DNA from: a virus
Taxonomy: Duplodnaviria; Caudoviricetes
Reading direction: 5' to 3' (one strand)
IMG/VR virus record: IMGVR_UViG_3300020582_000008
Location: 287 to 64,286 of that record
Length of the DNA stretch: 64,000 nt
Under the pieces are notes generated by a model. That model was given only the letters and a program-made list of their open reading frames with translations. It did no database searches and had not been told where the DNA came from. The translations under genes were made by a program, and so were the position numbers. Shown here piece after piece: positions 1-8,561 of this stretch (its first letter is position 1; every line of letters begins with the position of its first letter).

Positions 1-10
1 TGGCCCCGAT

Positions 11-220
11 TTGGCCGTTGGCGACCTTGTGATGCACAAAAACGAGGCATCCGCCGACCGAATCGCGGAAGTGACGGGCTTTGGCCCGGCCCCCGATAAA
101 TGGGTCTGCGTGCGGACTTGGAAGGGCAAATACCGCACCTGGGCGCGGCAAAACCTGATTCGTTTGGACAGTGAATCGGTGACCGAGTCCGGTCTATCCG
201 CTGGGAACAAATCCTCGTGA
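11..220 (+). CDS. hypothetical phage protein (may be 5' incomplete)
   Basis: ORF overlapping the next gene by GTGA at 217-220. Confidence 0.45.
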   Translation: MAVGDLVMHKNEASADRIAEVTGFGPAPDKWVCVRTWKGKYRTWARQNLIRLDSESVTESGLSAGNKSS

Positions 221-462
221 CCCAGCATCTTCAAACCTTCTCGCCTGTCTCCTTGCTGGTCCGTAAGCGCGCCAATGCCTTGCGCAGAGTGGAGACCGTA
301 GAAAAAGCCTTGGAGAGATTGGTGGCAACGAGGGAATATCCGAACGTGTTTCGAAGGCATAAGATGCTGTTACAGTCTGTTGCAAATCTGACGCTGGCGA
401 TTGAGGCGGTTAGGGCGGTGGAAGGCAAGGAAGTGAAGGTGCTGGGTAGACTGGCTACCTAG
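217..462 (+). CDS. hypothetical protein
   Basis: Coupled ORF; its stop TAG (460-462) lies inside 59-bp element copy 1. Confidence 0.55.
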   Translation: MTQHLQTFSPVSLLVRKRANALRRVETVEKALERLVATREYPNVFRRHKMLLQSVANLTLAIEAVRAVEGKEVKVLGRLAT

Positions 463-500
463 TCGCTCGATTGTTCTGTGAGATTCATACGGCCATAGAG
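442..500 (+). repeat. 59-bp element copy 1 (left end of cassette A)
   Basis: ctgggtagactggctacctagtcgctcgattgttctgtgagattcatacggccatagag, followed by ggtcgagaaaa-ATG. Confidence 0.95.
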
Positions 501-511
501 GGTCGAGAAAA

Positions 512-895
512 ATGGGCTGGGCTGTTGGGGAAGGTAAGGACGGCCGCGACATTGGCTATGGAGTGCCGGCGCTGTGCGATCATCCCGATTGCAACGAGCG
601 CATTGATCGCGGCCTGTCGTTTGTCTGCGGAATGATAAACACAGATGGAGAGGATCGCGGTTGCGGGTTGCACTTCTGCGAGAACCATCTTCGCTGTTCC
701 GACCGATTCGGCCAACTGTGCTTTCGATGCTGGCCGCGAAAAAAGACACCCTTTGTTCGGAAACCAGATTTGCCAGAATGGAATATGCACAAACTCACAG
801 ATGAGACATGGCAACAATGGCGGGACGAGCACCCGTTCGGCGTGGCGCGCCTGCAGCAAGACTCTATGGCGGTAAAGCCCGCTCAGAACGGTTGA
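512..895 (+). CDS. Cys/His-rich putative zinc-binding protein (cassette A passenger)
   Basis: CDHPDC, CGLHFC and CFRC motifs; ends SMAVKPAQNG inside copy 2. Confidence 0.75.
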   Translation: MGWAVGEGKDGRDIGYGVPALCDHPDCNERIDRGLSFVCGMINTDGEDRGCGLHFCENHLRCSDRFGQLCFRCWPRKKTPFVRKPDLPEWNMHKLTDETWQQWRDEHPFGVARLQQDSMAVKPAQNG

Positions 896-920
896 GAGAC
901 AAGGTAGCCAAGCTAACCAA
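862..920 (-). repeat. 59-bp element copy 2 (right end of cassette A, inverted)
   Basis: Reverse complement ttggttagcttggctaccttgtctctcaaccgttctgagcgggctttaccgccatagag. Confidence 0.95.
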
Positions 921-935
921 ATCAGAGAGGGCACA

Positions 936-1133
936 ATGAATCAGGAAGAAAGAATCGAGATTGCGGCAGAGGCCATGTGGCGGCATCGCGCATCAAATAC
1001 CAACGAAACTGATTGGGGACGAATGACGTGGGATTCGTTCAACACCATCAAGCCGGATATCGCGGCAATTTATCGGGAGAATGCCATGGTCGCCGTCCGC
1101 GCTCTCGATGAGGCAACGTTGGCGGTCGTGTGA
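936..1133 (+). CDS. hypothetical protein
   Basis: GAGG RBS, ATG, typical small phage ORF. Confidence 0.6.
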   Translation: MNQEERIEIAAEAMWRHRASNTNETDWGRMTWDSFNTIKPDIAAIYRENAMVAVRALDEATLAVV

Positions 1134-1167
1134 ATTTCCGTGCCGTCGCCACAACCCGTGATCAGGA

Positions 1168-1398
1168 ATGAGTCAGCTACCTAACAAAGAGATTCAGCAA
1201 ATAGAAGAGGAACAAATAACCTCGATCGTCACCAAGGCAATACGAGACTTCAATTCACTATCGCCTTATCAAAGGCGACACGCGAGACAGATAACAAGGC
1301 GATGGCTTGTTTGCGGTGGGGCGAATGCGGTAAAACCTGCGGGTGATGAAGAAGGTTTTGAAGCATCATACGATAATCTCGACTTTCAAGGGGGATGA
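1168..1398 (+). CDS. hypothetical protein
   Basis: AGGA just upstream; fills the operon gap. Confidence 0.5.
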   Translation: MSQLPNKEIQQIEEEQITSIVTKAIRDFNSLSPYQRRHARQITRRWLVCGGANAVKPAGDEEGFEASYDNLDFQGG

Positions 1399-1402
1399 AA
1401 AA

Positions 1403-1879
1403 GTGGCGAATTCATTGGCATATCTTGCTACGCCCTATTCGAAATGGAAGCTCGGCCCCGAAGCCGCTTTCATCGAAGCATCCAAACTCGCCGCGCGATT
1501 GCTAGTCTCAGGGGTCAAAGTCTATAGCCCAATCGCCCACACTCATCCGCTCGCATATTACGGGGGTTTGGACCTTCTCGACCTAAGTATTTGGTTGCCA
1601 TTTGACGAAGCCATGATGGAACGCTGCGATGTCTTGATCGTCGCTCACATGGACGGATGGCAGGAAAGCAAAGGCATCGCGCATGAGATTGAATTTTTTA
1701 AACGCGCGGAAAAACCGATCTTCGATCTCGATCCCGAAACTTTGGTGATGACCAAGAGAACCAAATCCGGTCATTTCGACAAGCGAATGCACCTGACACT
1801 TAATGACATGAAAGGATTTTCAGGACCGCCGCGAACTGAAATGCCGCCGTTGGCGATGCCCGATCCGAAGGGTCAATGA
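1403..1879 (+). CDS. DUF1937-like protein (nucleoside 2-deoxyribosyltransferase-like fold)
   Basis: YLATPYS, YSPIAHTHP and GWQESKGIAHEI motifs; GTG start after a GGGGA RBS. Confidence 0.75.
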   Translation: MANSLAYLATPYSKWKLGPEAAFIEASKLAARLLVSGVKVYSPIAHTHPLAYYGGLDLLDLSIWLPFDEAMMERCDVLIVAHMDGWQESKGIAHEIEFFKRAEKPIFDLDPETLVMTKRTKSGHFDKRMHLTLNDMKGFSGPPRTEMPPLAMPDPKGQ

Positions 1880-1880
1880 C

Positions 1881-2192
1881 ATGCCGCGAGAATTCGACAC
1901 CGCCGATATGTTTGCGCCCCGTGAACGCGGACGATTCGGAGAGAATGAGGAACAGCATCGGCCAGGTCGCGGGCCGCGTGTCACTGGCGCCTCGGACTTA
2001 ATCGACCTGACCGTCTATTTGATGATGGACAAGCCCGATAAGAAAGCGATTGCGATTCGCGACCCAGCCAAGGGCGCCACAGCGCCGTGGGTTTGGGTGC
2101 CGCGGTCAATGGTCGAGTACGTCAATGCCGAGCCGGGGCTGATTCTGTTGAAGCTGCCACAATGGCTGGCGAAGGATAAGGGCCTGATATGA
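1881..2192 (+). CDS. hypothetical phage protein
   Basis: WVPRSMVE...LPQWLAKDKGLI motif typical of small alphaproteobacterial phage proteins. Confidence 0.65.
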   Translation: MPREFDTADMFAPRERGRFGENEEQHRPGRGPRVTGASDLIDLTVYLMMDKPDKKAIAIRDPAKGATAPWVWVPRSMVEYVNAEPGLILLKLPQWLAKDKGLI

Positions 2193-2211
2193 CAAAGTTT
2201 AACAAAGGAGA

Positions 2212-2316
2212 ATGGGAATGCGTTTGATAACCGATATTCTCCGGGATATCCGCAAGGGGCGCCCGGTAGAGGAAGCGACAATGGCTCTAGCCGTACATCG
2301 CAGGAAATTCACATGA
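2212..2316 (+). pseudogene. internally deleted remnant of the DUF2303-partner gene
   Basis: Strong AAGGAG RBS; MGMRLITDILRDIRKGRPVEEATMALAVHRRKFT*; ATGA overlap with DUF2303; only 34 aa. Confidence 0.5.
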
Positions 2317-3122
2317 CGACAGAAACCGAAAGCATTGCGGCGCTTGCCCGAAAGACTGCCGCGCCTACGACGATCAAGACTGACGACGGCCGCGAATATT
2401 TGATTTTTGCGGAAGGTTCGACTGTCCGCGAAATCTCCGATGAATATTCGCTGAAAGTCACCACGCCGCGGTACATCAACCAATCTGTTACACTGCAAAC
2501 GCAAGACTCCCTGACCAATTACGTCAAGGCATTCAAGAACGAAAATACGCTGCTGTTCGCCGACATCGGCACTAACTCCATCGTGGGCATCATCGATTAT
2601 CACGCGCCGGCCAAGGCCGATCATGTGGCCCACAAAGCCACCCTCACTCTGCCCTTTTCCGAAGAATGGCGTTTGTGGAGCGAAGTATCCAGCAAACTCA
2701 AACCTCAACTAGAATTTGCCCGGTTTTTGGAAGAGAATGCGGCGGACGTGCGGGCACCATCGGCCGGCGATCTGCTTGATGCCTGCCGCGATCTGCAAGT
2801 CCATCGCAAGGTGAATTTCGTCAAGGCCGTTCGCACTGCAAGCGATAACGAGAATTTCGAGTATACTGAGGAAACAAACGCTACAAACAAAAAGAGCGGT
2901 CTCGAAATTCCTACCAAGTTCGTTCTGGGTCTGCCGGTCTATTTCGGCGAGGAAGATACCGAAGTGTCCGCGTTCCTGCGCTGGCGGCTCGATGATGGTT
3001 CTTTGACGCTCGGCATTCAACTGCATCGGGTTGAACATGTGCGCCAGGCGGTGTTCAAGCAAATCGTTACCGCTGTGGCGGAAGCAACTAGCTGTCCGGT
3101 GGTCTTTGGCAAAGCCGTGTGA
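2313..3122 (+). CDS. DUF2303 (YfdQ) family protein
   Basis: IIDYH, SEEWRLW, QLEFARFLEEN and IPTKFVLGLPVY motifs. Confidence 0.85.
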   Translation: MTTETESIAALARKTAAPTTIKTDDGREYLIFAEGSTVREISDEYSLKVTTPRYINQSVTLQTQDSLTNYVKAFKNENTLLFADIGTNSIVGIIDYHAPAKADHVAHKATLTLPFSEEWRLWSEVSSKLKPQLEFARFLEENAADVRAPSAGDLLDACRDLQVHRKVNFVKAVRTASDNENFEYTEETNATNKKSGLEIPTKFVLGLPVYFGEEDTEVSAFLRWRLDDGSLTLGIQLHRVEHVRQAVFKQIVTAVAEATSCPVVFGKAV

Positions 3123-4456
3123 TGCCGTCAGCTTCAAATACAAAGGGGGGCGGCGGGACTGCCCTCCTAAAATACGATGCCGCGCGGCAAGCCGTGGCAG
3201 AGTGTAAGACGTTCGATGAAGTGCGGGATTGGGAGGATAAGGCTGCGGCCGTGCGGGAATACTCTCGGCGAATCGGCGACCGCACGATGGAACTGGATGC
3301 CATCGAAATCCGGGAGCATGCGCGTCTGCGGCGTGGCGAAATGCTCCTTGAATTGGAGGCTACCGGGCAACTAGGCCCTGGCAAAAAGAAAACGGTCCCC
3401 GGCGAAGGACCAATTGCGGTGACATTGGAATCATTGAAGATTTCTAAAAACGAATCAGCCCACGACCAGAAAATAGCGGAACTTGGACTAGCTAAATTTG
3501 AGGAACGAATCGCCCGTTGCCGAGCCTATGCGGAGGCGCATCCCGAAAAACACGCTTTCGACGTTCTGCGCCCGCCAGATACGCCGATTAACGGCGCCCG
3601 TTCCATTATGGGATCGCGGCAGGAACCCGACGATTCACTTGACTTTTTCCCTACGCCGCCGTGGGCAACGCGGGCCTTGATGGAAGTCGTCTTGGGCGGT
3701 CCGTTTAACTCGATCTGGGAACCAGCCTGCGGCTACGGTCATATGTCGGAAGTGCTGCGGGAATACAGCGACGACGTGTTGGCGACCGATATCTTCGATT
3801 ATGGAGGCTACCCGAAAGCCGTAGCCGACTTCCTGAAATGGGAAGGTCCGGGCGCCGACTGGATTATCACCAATCCGCCGTTCGGCGATGAAACCGAGAA
3901 ATTCACGTTGCGGGCAATAGAGTTAGCGCGAATCGGCGTCGCCATGTTCGTCCGCCTCCAATGGCTCGAATCAGTCGGGCGTTACGAAACGATCTTCAAA
4001 GACCACCCTCCAACCTGCATCGCATTCTTCGCCGAGCGCGTTCCCTTGTGCAAAGGCGAATGGAAGCCCGATGGCACGACGGCTACGGCATATATTTGGC
4101 TGGTCTGGATTAAAGGTCAGGAACCGCGTCCGCCGTTCTGGATACCGCCGGGACAACGCGAGCGATTGACAAAACCCGATGATGCCGAACGATTCACAGT
4201 CCATCCGGTGATTCGGAAAGAGGACTATAAACCGCACGACTCAGGAACGAATCACCAACCGAATGGCACTGACGCTCACCTCGCCGTAGCGGCAGTGTCC
4301 GAACCCGCGTCCGCCCAACCCTCAGCCCCTCAGCCTGTGGTGGACGCGGGTTCACCTTTGTTTCCTGAAATAATCCTTCCGGGGAAAGCTCCGACATGGG
4401 AGCATATCGCGGGCTTTATCGATCAAACAAATCCACATGCGAGAGTGGTATCTTAG
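3119..4456 (+). CDS. amino-DNA methyltransferase (probably N6-adenine) with N-terminal helical domain
   Basis: DFFPTPPW, motif I WEPACGYG, motif IV TNPPF. Confidence 0.85.
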   Translation: MMPSASNTKGGGGTALLKYDAARQAVAECKTFDEVRDWEDKAAAVREYSRRIGDRTMELDAIEIREHARLRRGEMLLELEATGQLGPGKKKTVPGEGPIAVTLESLKISKNESAHDQKIAELGLAKFEERIARCRAYAEAHPEKHAFDVLRPPDTPINGARSIMGSRQEPDDSLDFFPTPPWATRALMEVVLGGPFNSIWEPACGYGHMSEVLREYSDDVLATDIFDYGGYPKAVADFLKWEGPGADWIITNPPFGDETEKFTLRAIELARIGVAMFVRLQWLESVGRYETIFKDHPPTCIAFFAERVPLCKGEWKPDGTTATAYIWLVWIKGQEPRPPFWIPPGQRERLTKPDDAERFTVHPVIRKEDYKPHDSGTNHQPNGTDAHLAVAAVSEPASAQPSAPQPVVDAGSPLFPEIILPGKAPTWEHIAGFIDQTNPHARVVS

Positions 4457-4464
4457 TTGTTTGT

Positions 4465-4523
4465 TTGGTTAGACTGGCTACCTTGGCGTGCGATTGTTCT
4501 GAGAGATTCATACGACCATAGTG
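4465..4523 (+). repeat. 59-bp element copy 3 (left end of cassette B)
   Basis: ttggttagactggctaccttggcgtgcgattgttctgagagattcatacgaccatagtg, followed by ggtggagaaagc-GTG. Confidence 0.95.
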
Positions 4524-4535
4524 GGTGGAGAAAGC

Positions 4536-5618
4536 GTGGCGGCAAATAGCAAGATCGAATGGACTGAGGCGACATGGAATCCGATTGTCGGTTGCTCCAT
4601 AGTCTCGCCCGGCTGCACGAATTGTTACGCTATGAAGATGGCGGCGCGACTTGAGGCGATGTTCGCCGGCACCAGCGGTGCGACGCATTATCGCGGCACC
4701 ACCAAAAAAGTGAACGGCAATGCCGTGTGGACAGGCCAGCTCGCGCTGGCGCCGGAAACCATCCTCACCGAGCCGCTGCGGCGCAAGAAGCCGACGACGT
4801 ATTTCGTCAATTCCATGGGCGATCTGTTTCATGAAGCCGTTGCCAAGGGCGATATCGATCGCGTATTCGCCGTCATGGCGCTGTGCCCGCAGCATACGTT
4901 CCAGGTGCTGACCAAGCGCGCGGCGCGGATGCGGGATTATATGACCAGCGTCACGTTCGGTCGGATCGACGCGGCGTGTCTTTCCCTTAAAACCGATAAA
5001 CCGGCCGTTGCTGCGCATACGCTTTTCAAGAACGTCTGGCTCGGCGTCTCCTGCGAGCGCCAACAGGAAGCCGACGAGCGCATTCCGCTGTTGTTGCAGA
5101 CGCCGGCGGCGATCCGGTTCATTTCGGCAGAGCCTTTGTTGGGACCGATCAACCTCACGCGGATAAACACTCCCGGTAACGGTCTCGGCTGGTTTGACGC
5201 GTTTGCGAGTCCAGATCATTGCCTCGATTGGGTGATCGTTGGTGGCGAATCCGGTCGAAGCGCACGGCCGATGCACCCGCAATGGGCGCGAGATATTTGC
5301 GACCAATGCGAAGCGGCCGGCGTTCCGTTCTTTTTCAAACAATGGGGCGAGTGGGCGCCAGGTCTTTGGTCAGGCGCGGGTGATCCTGCACATTTCAATC
5401 CATTCGATACATCCATCGATATTCCCGATCTCAGTCGTCATGATGCATGGGCAAATCGCGTGCATTGGTTTGATCCCGATAGCGCACCCGATGGCCTCGG
5501 CGCTTTGAAGCTTGGAAAAAAGATTGCCGGGCGGCGGCTTGGGGGTGTTGAGCACAACGGATTTCCACAAGCCTCTATGGCCGTAAAGCCCAAGCAGGAC
5601 AATCGACAGCCAAGGTAG
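4536..5618 (+). CDS. phage Gp37/Gp68 (DUF5131) radical-SAM-like protein (cassette B passenger)
   Basis: SKIEWTEATWNP, GCSIVSPGCTNCYA, FVNSMGDLFH, DWVIVGGESG, PFFFKQWG; ends SMAVKPKQDNRQPR inside copy 4. Confidence 0.92.
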   Translation: MAANSKIEWTEATWNPIVGCSIVSPGCTNCYAMKMAARLEAMFAGTSGATHYRGTTKKVNGNAVWTGQLALAPETILTEPLRRKKPTTYFVNSMGDLFHEAVAKGDIDRVFAVMALCPQHTFQVLTKRAARMRDYMTSVTFGRIDAACLSLKTDKPAVAAHTLFKNVWLGVSCERQQEADERIPLLLQTPAAIRFISAEPLLGPINLTRINTPGNGLGWFDAFASPDHCLDWVIVGGESGRSARPMHPQWARDICDQCEAAGVPFFFKQWGEWAPGLWSGAGDPAHFNPFDTSIDIPDLSRHDAWANRVHWFDPDSAPDGLGALKLGKKIAGRRLGGVEHNGFPQASMAVKPKQDNRQPR

Positions 5619-5631
5619 CCAGTCTAACCAA
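5573..5631 (-). repeat. 59-bp element copy 4 (right end of cassette B, inverted)
   Basis: Reverse complement ttggttagactggctaccttggctgtcgattgtcctgcttgggctttacggccatagag. Confidence 0.95.
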
Positions 5632-5643
5632 AAGGTACTTCAC

Positions 5644-6411
5644 ATGACTCACTACCCGTTATTTGATCCTGACCAACCAATAGACTCATCGTTGGGTTTC
5701 TTTGATCGCAAAGAATGTATTTGGATGAATCTCAAATTTGCAAAAGCCATGCTTGCAGCAAGAGAACGCGGCGAAGAACACTTCACCATCGGCCCGAAGA
5801 TCGACCACACGCCCTTGGTGGGCGCATATTTCGACAGACAACTGCGCCACTCCCCGATGGGTGGGCGTTCAGACCGTACAATTGTTGGCGATGATAAGCC
5901 GTTCGATCCTACCCCATGGCTCGAATTTAAGGATGTAATTTTGTGGGGCAGTAATCACTATGGACGGCGCCTGCCAATAGGTTCGACGCTCGTTTGGCTA
6001 AAGCGGCATATGACCAATTATGGGTATTTCCTGTCAGACGCGGAGATTGCATGGCAACGCGGTGGCGTTGGAGTCTATGTACTTTGCGCTCCCGACAGCG
6101 CGGGGCGGCGGCAAAAGGAATTTACAGGCTCTCCATTCGGCGGTGAGACTGCACACCCATTTCAAAAACCCGTCGCTTTAATGCAATGGTGTGTGGAACG
6201 GATGCCTGCAGCCAAGATTATTGCGGACCCGTTCATGGGATCGGGCACGACCGGAATCGCTGCTTTGAAGCTGGGCCGCAACTTCATTGGCGTCGAAATA
6301 GATGAGGTATATTTTGACATTGCGTGCAGGCGTATCGAGGAAGCCGCGCGACAACCGGACATACTTGTCGAATCGCCCAAGCCCGCAAAGCAGGAAGCAT
6401 TTGAGCTATGA
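5644..6411 (+). CDS. chimeric beta-class DNA methyltransferase lacking catalytic motif IV
   Basis: HPFQKPVALM and DPFMGSGTTG present; no DPPY; unrelated ~73-aa N-terminus. Confidence 0.7.
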   Translation: MTHYPLFDPDQPIDSSLGFFDRKECIWMNLKFAKAMLAARERGEEHFTIGPKIDHTPLVGAYFDRQLRHSPMGGRSDRTIVGDDKPFDPTPWLEFKDVILWGSNHYGRRLPIGSTLVWLKRHMTNYGYFLSDAEIAWQRGGVGVYVLCAPDSAGRRQKEFTGSPFGGETAHPFQKPVALMQWCVERMPAAKIIADPFMGSGTTGIAALKLGRNFIGVEIDEVYFDIACRRIEEAARQPDILVESPKPAKQEAFEL

Positions 6412-7172
6412 GCACCACGCGGCAGCTAGGTTACATCGCTGTATCGCGTAGCATCTTCGACCATCCGCTATTTAAGAATCGTCCCGATTGGCATGTGGCA
6501 TGGGAAAAACTTACGGCGGCCGCCGCCTGGAAGGCGCAAGCCCATGCGGGACGCTGGGGCTCGGCTCATGTCGAGCGCGGGCAACTGGCCAATACGGTGC
6601 GCGGCATTGGGTCGCTGCTGGGCTGGCCATCATCGACCGTTGTTTATTTTTTGCGGCGCCTGTGTGGTGCCAAAATGATTGGCCTACAGGTGATTCGCAC
6701 GAGAATTAATACAAATGACACCATTAAAAACTCTCAGAGGATCACAATCATAACTATTTGCAATTACGACGAAACTCAGATGAGGCCGCGCCTGAAACAC
6801 TCAGGAGTCGCACAAGGAATCGCACAAGGAGTCGCACAAGAAATGCCGAATCTGCCCGGAATTATTGCGGAAGTTGACGCTAACCAGACCAATACACCAA
6901 TATTAAAGAGTAAAGAGGCCACACAAATTCGGCGGGAATATCTGCCGAATCACGGCGCGCGGAGCAAATGCAAAAAATACGTCTGGTGGGAGTACGGATC
7001 GTGGGAATGGACGCAATTCTCTGGGGACTACCGCGAGGTACGGGGCAGTGATATATTCCCTGAGACCCGAAGGATTCGAGACAGCGAAATGACAGGACGC
7101 GGCAATTGGTTTGTTTATCTTGGCGAAGCCGCAAGGCCCAAAAGGGCTGTCCGGCGAAGAAAAACCGCATGA
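6408..7172 (+). CDS. phage replication initiator/organiser
   Basis: GYIAVSRSIFDHPLF, ERGQL and TIITICNYD motifs, followed by in-gene direct repeats. Confidence 0.7.
   Translation: MSTTRQLGYIAVSRSIFDHPLFKNRPDWHVAWEKLTAAAAWKAQAHAGRWGSAHVERGQLANTVRGIGSLLGWPSSTVVYFLRRLCGAKMIGLQVIRTRINTNDTIKNSQRITIITICNYDETQMRPRLKHSGVAQGIAQGVAQEMPNLPGIIAEVDANQTNTPILKSKEATQIRREYLPNHGARSKCKKYVWWEYGSWEWTQFSGDYREVRGSDIFPETRRIRDSEMTGRGNWFVYLGEAARPKRAVRRRKTA
6804..6839 (+). repeat. three tandem 12-bp repeats (putative origin iterons)
   Basis: ggagtcgcacaa ggaatcgcacaa ggagtcgcacaa inside the initiator gene. Confidence 0.7.
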
Positions 7173-7351
7173 AATACGCCTCAGCCCAACCCTACACAGA
7201 AGCGGAACGCGAGCGCGACGATCAAGCGCGTCATCGGCATTTGGAAACTATCCACAACCGCCGCAAAGCCACGCCAAGCGGCCAAAACTACAATGTTCCC
7301 GGCGATAAAGCGTCGAAGGCGAAGGATTTGAGGGTATTGGGGGAGCGGTAG
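7169..7351 (+). CDS. hypothetical basic protein
   Basis: ATGA overlap with the initiator stop codon. Confidence 0.5.
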   Translation: MKYASAQPYTEAERERDDQARHRHLETIHNRRKATPSGQNYNVPGDKASKAKDLRVLGER

Positions 7352-7355
7352 CGGC

Positions 7356-7486
7356 TTGACTCTCGTCGATTGAATCGCAAGGATGGGAGCGCGTTGGCAG
7401 TTCTATTCCCGGACAGCCAAACGTGGTTGTGGTGATAAGCCCCCAGCTTGCAGGACGGTCGTTTGGGAGACTGAGCGACCGTCCTG
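7356..7486 (+). promoter_or_regulatory. putative promoter and structured leader before the packaging operon
   Basis: TTGACT-N17-AAGGAT (7356-7384); 16-bp stem with GAGA tetraloop (7451-7486). Confidence 0.5.
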
Positions 7487-7502
7487 ATTCCCCAAAGGCC
7501 CA

Positions 7503-7907
7503 ATGAGTGCCGACTTAACCAAACGAATCATGGTCCGCGTCACGGACGAGCAACTCGCCTGGATCGGCGAAATGGCGGCCGATGAAGGCATGGATAACGC
7601 GACATTCGTGCGCGTGGTGCTCGATAGATTGAGTAAGGGCAGGGCGCCGTTGATCGGGATGATGCAACAAGCGACTCAAGCACTCAGCCTGCCAGTAGGC
7701 TTTGACCACCGGGCAGGAGCCACAAACTATACCGGAAGCCTGGATGGCGCTGTGCCTCAGACCCACGACATCCTCGCCCAACGCGCCGCCGAGGCCGAAG
7801 CCAACCTGCCGCCGCCCTCAGACCCCGAATCAGACCATCCCGAAGAATCTGCCGCCATCCCCTTGCGCCGTGTAGGCCGAGAACGATATAATCCGGGGCG
7901 ACAATGA
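7503..7907 (+). CDS. ribbon-helix-helix-like DNA-binding protein
   Basis: KRIMVRVTDEQLAWIGEMAADEGMDNATFVRVVL beta-alpha-alpha pattern. Confidence 0.55.
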   Translation: MSADLTKRIMVRVTDEQLAWIGEMAADEGMDNATFVRVVLDRLSKGRAPLIGMMQQATQALSLPVGFDHRAGATNYTGSLDGAVPQTHDILAQRAAEAEANLPPPSDPESDHPEESAAIPLRRVGRERYNPGRQ

Positions 7908-7937
7908 GGCATATCGGACTCGAAACGAATCAGCGTC

Positions 7938-8561
7938 ATGGGTGCACTGCACAATCCAGCGCATGAAATCTTCGCCCGCGAGGTTGTTGAAGCTCTCCTG
8001 AGTTCCGACCCGAATGTGCGCCGTAATGCCCGAAAAGTAGGCTACGAGCGTGCCGGTTATCCCGGCAACAAGCACAATGCACGCCGGCTGGCAAATTCTC
8101 CGGTCGTCAAAAAGCGAATCAAGCATCTGTTCGAGGAAGCAATTGCGTTCCGCGACGTGCGCTTGGCAACGGTCGTCATGCGGATCGATCGCGTCGGCAA
8201 GGCCAATATCCGGGACTTTTACGGCGACGATGGCAAGCTGAAAGATATTTGTGCGCTGCCCCTCGAATTGAGCGAAGCCGTCCGAAGTGTGATTCGCAAT
8301 GCGGAAGGTGAGGTTTTGGCCTACGAATTCTGGGACAAAAACCAGGCCAATTTCACCCTCTTGAAAAACCTTGGCGGATTGCCCGATACTGACCCTGACA
8401 AGCCGCAGCCCGCGGGTAACACGACGTACAACTTCTTCGCAGGTCTCAGTGTCGAAGATCAATGCGCTCTTGCCGATGCTCTCGACGCTCTCTCCGGAGG
8501 GCCGGAAACTATTGAGCACGAGGCTGCGCGAGAACCTAGCGAAGCAGGCGCCGTTCCGTAA
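7938..8561 (+). CDS. terS: terminase small subunit
   Basis: LHNPAHEIFAREV, YERAGY, NARRLANSPVVKKRI; lies directly before TerL. Confidence 0.8.
   Translation: MGALHNPAHEIFAREVVEALLSSDPNVRRNARKVGYERAGYPGNKHNARRLANSPVVKKRIKHLFEEAIAFRDVRLATVVMRIDRVGKANIRDFYGDDGKLKDICALPLELSEAVRSVIRNAEGEVLAYEFWDKNQANFTLLKNLGGLPDTDPDKPQPAGNTTYNFFAGLSVEDQCALADALDALSGGPETIEHEAAREPSEAGAVP

Noticed and set aside
442-5631. Cassettes as ordinary MITEs mobilised by the IS1 transposase
   Set aside because: The repeat shares no similarity with the IS ends (GGTACTGGCCCCTTT) and no flanking target duplications are visible.
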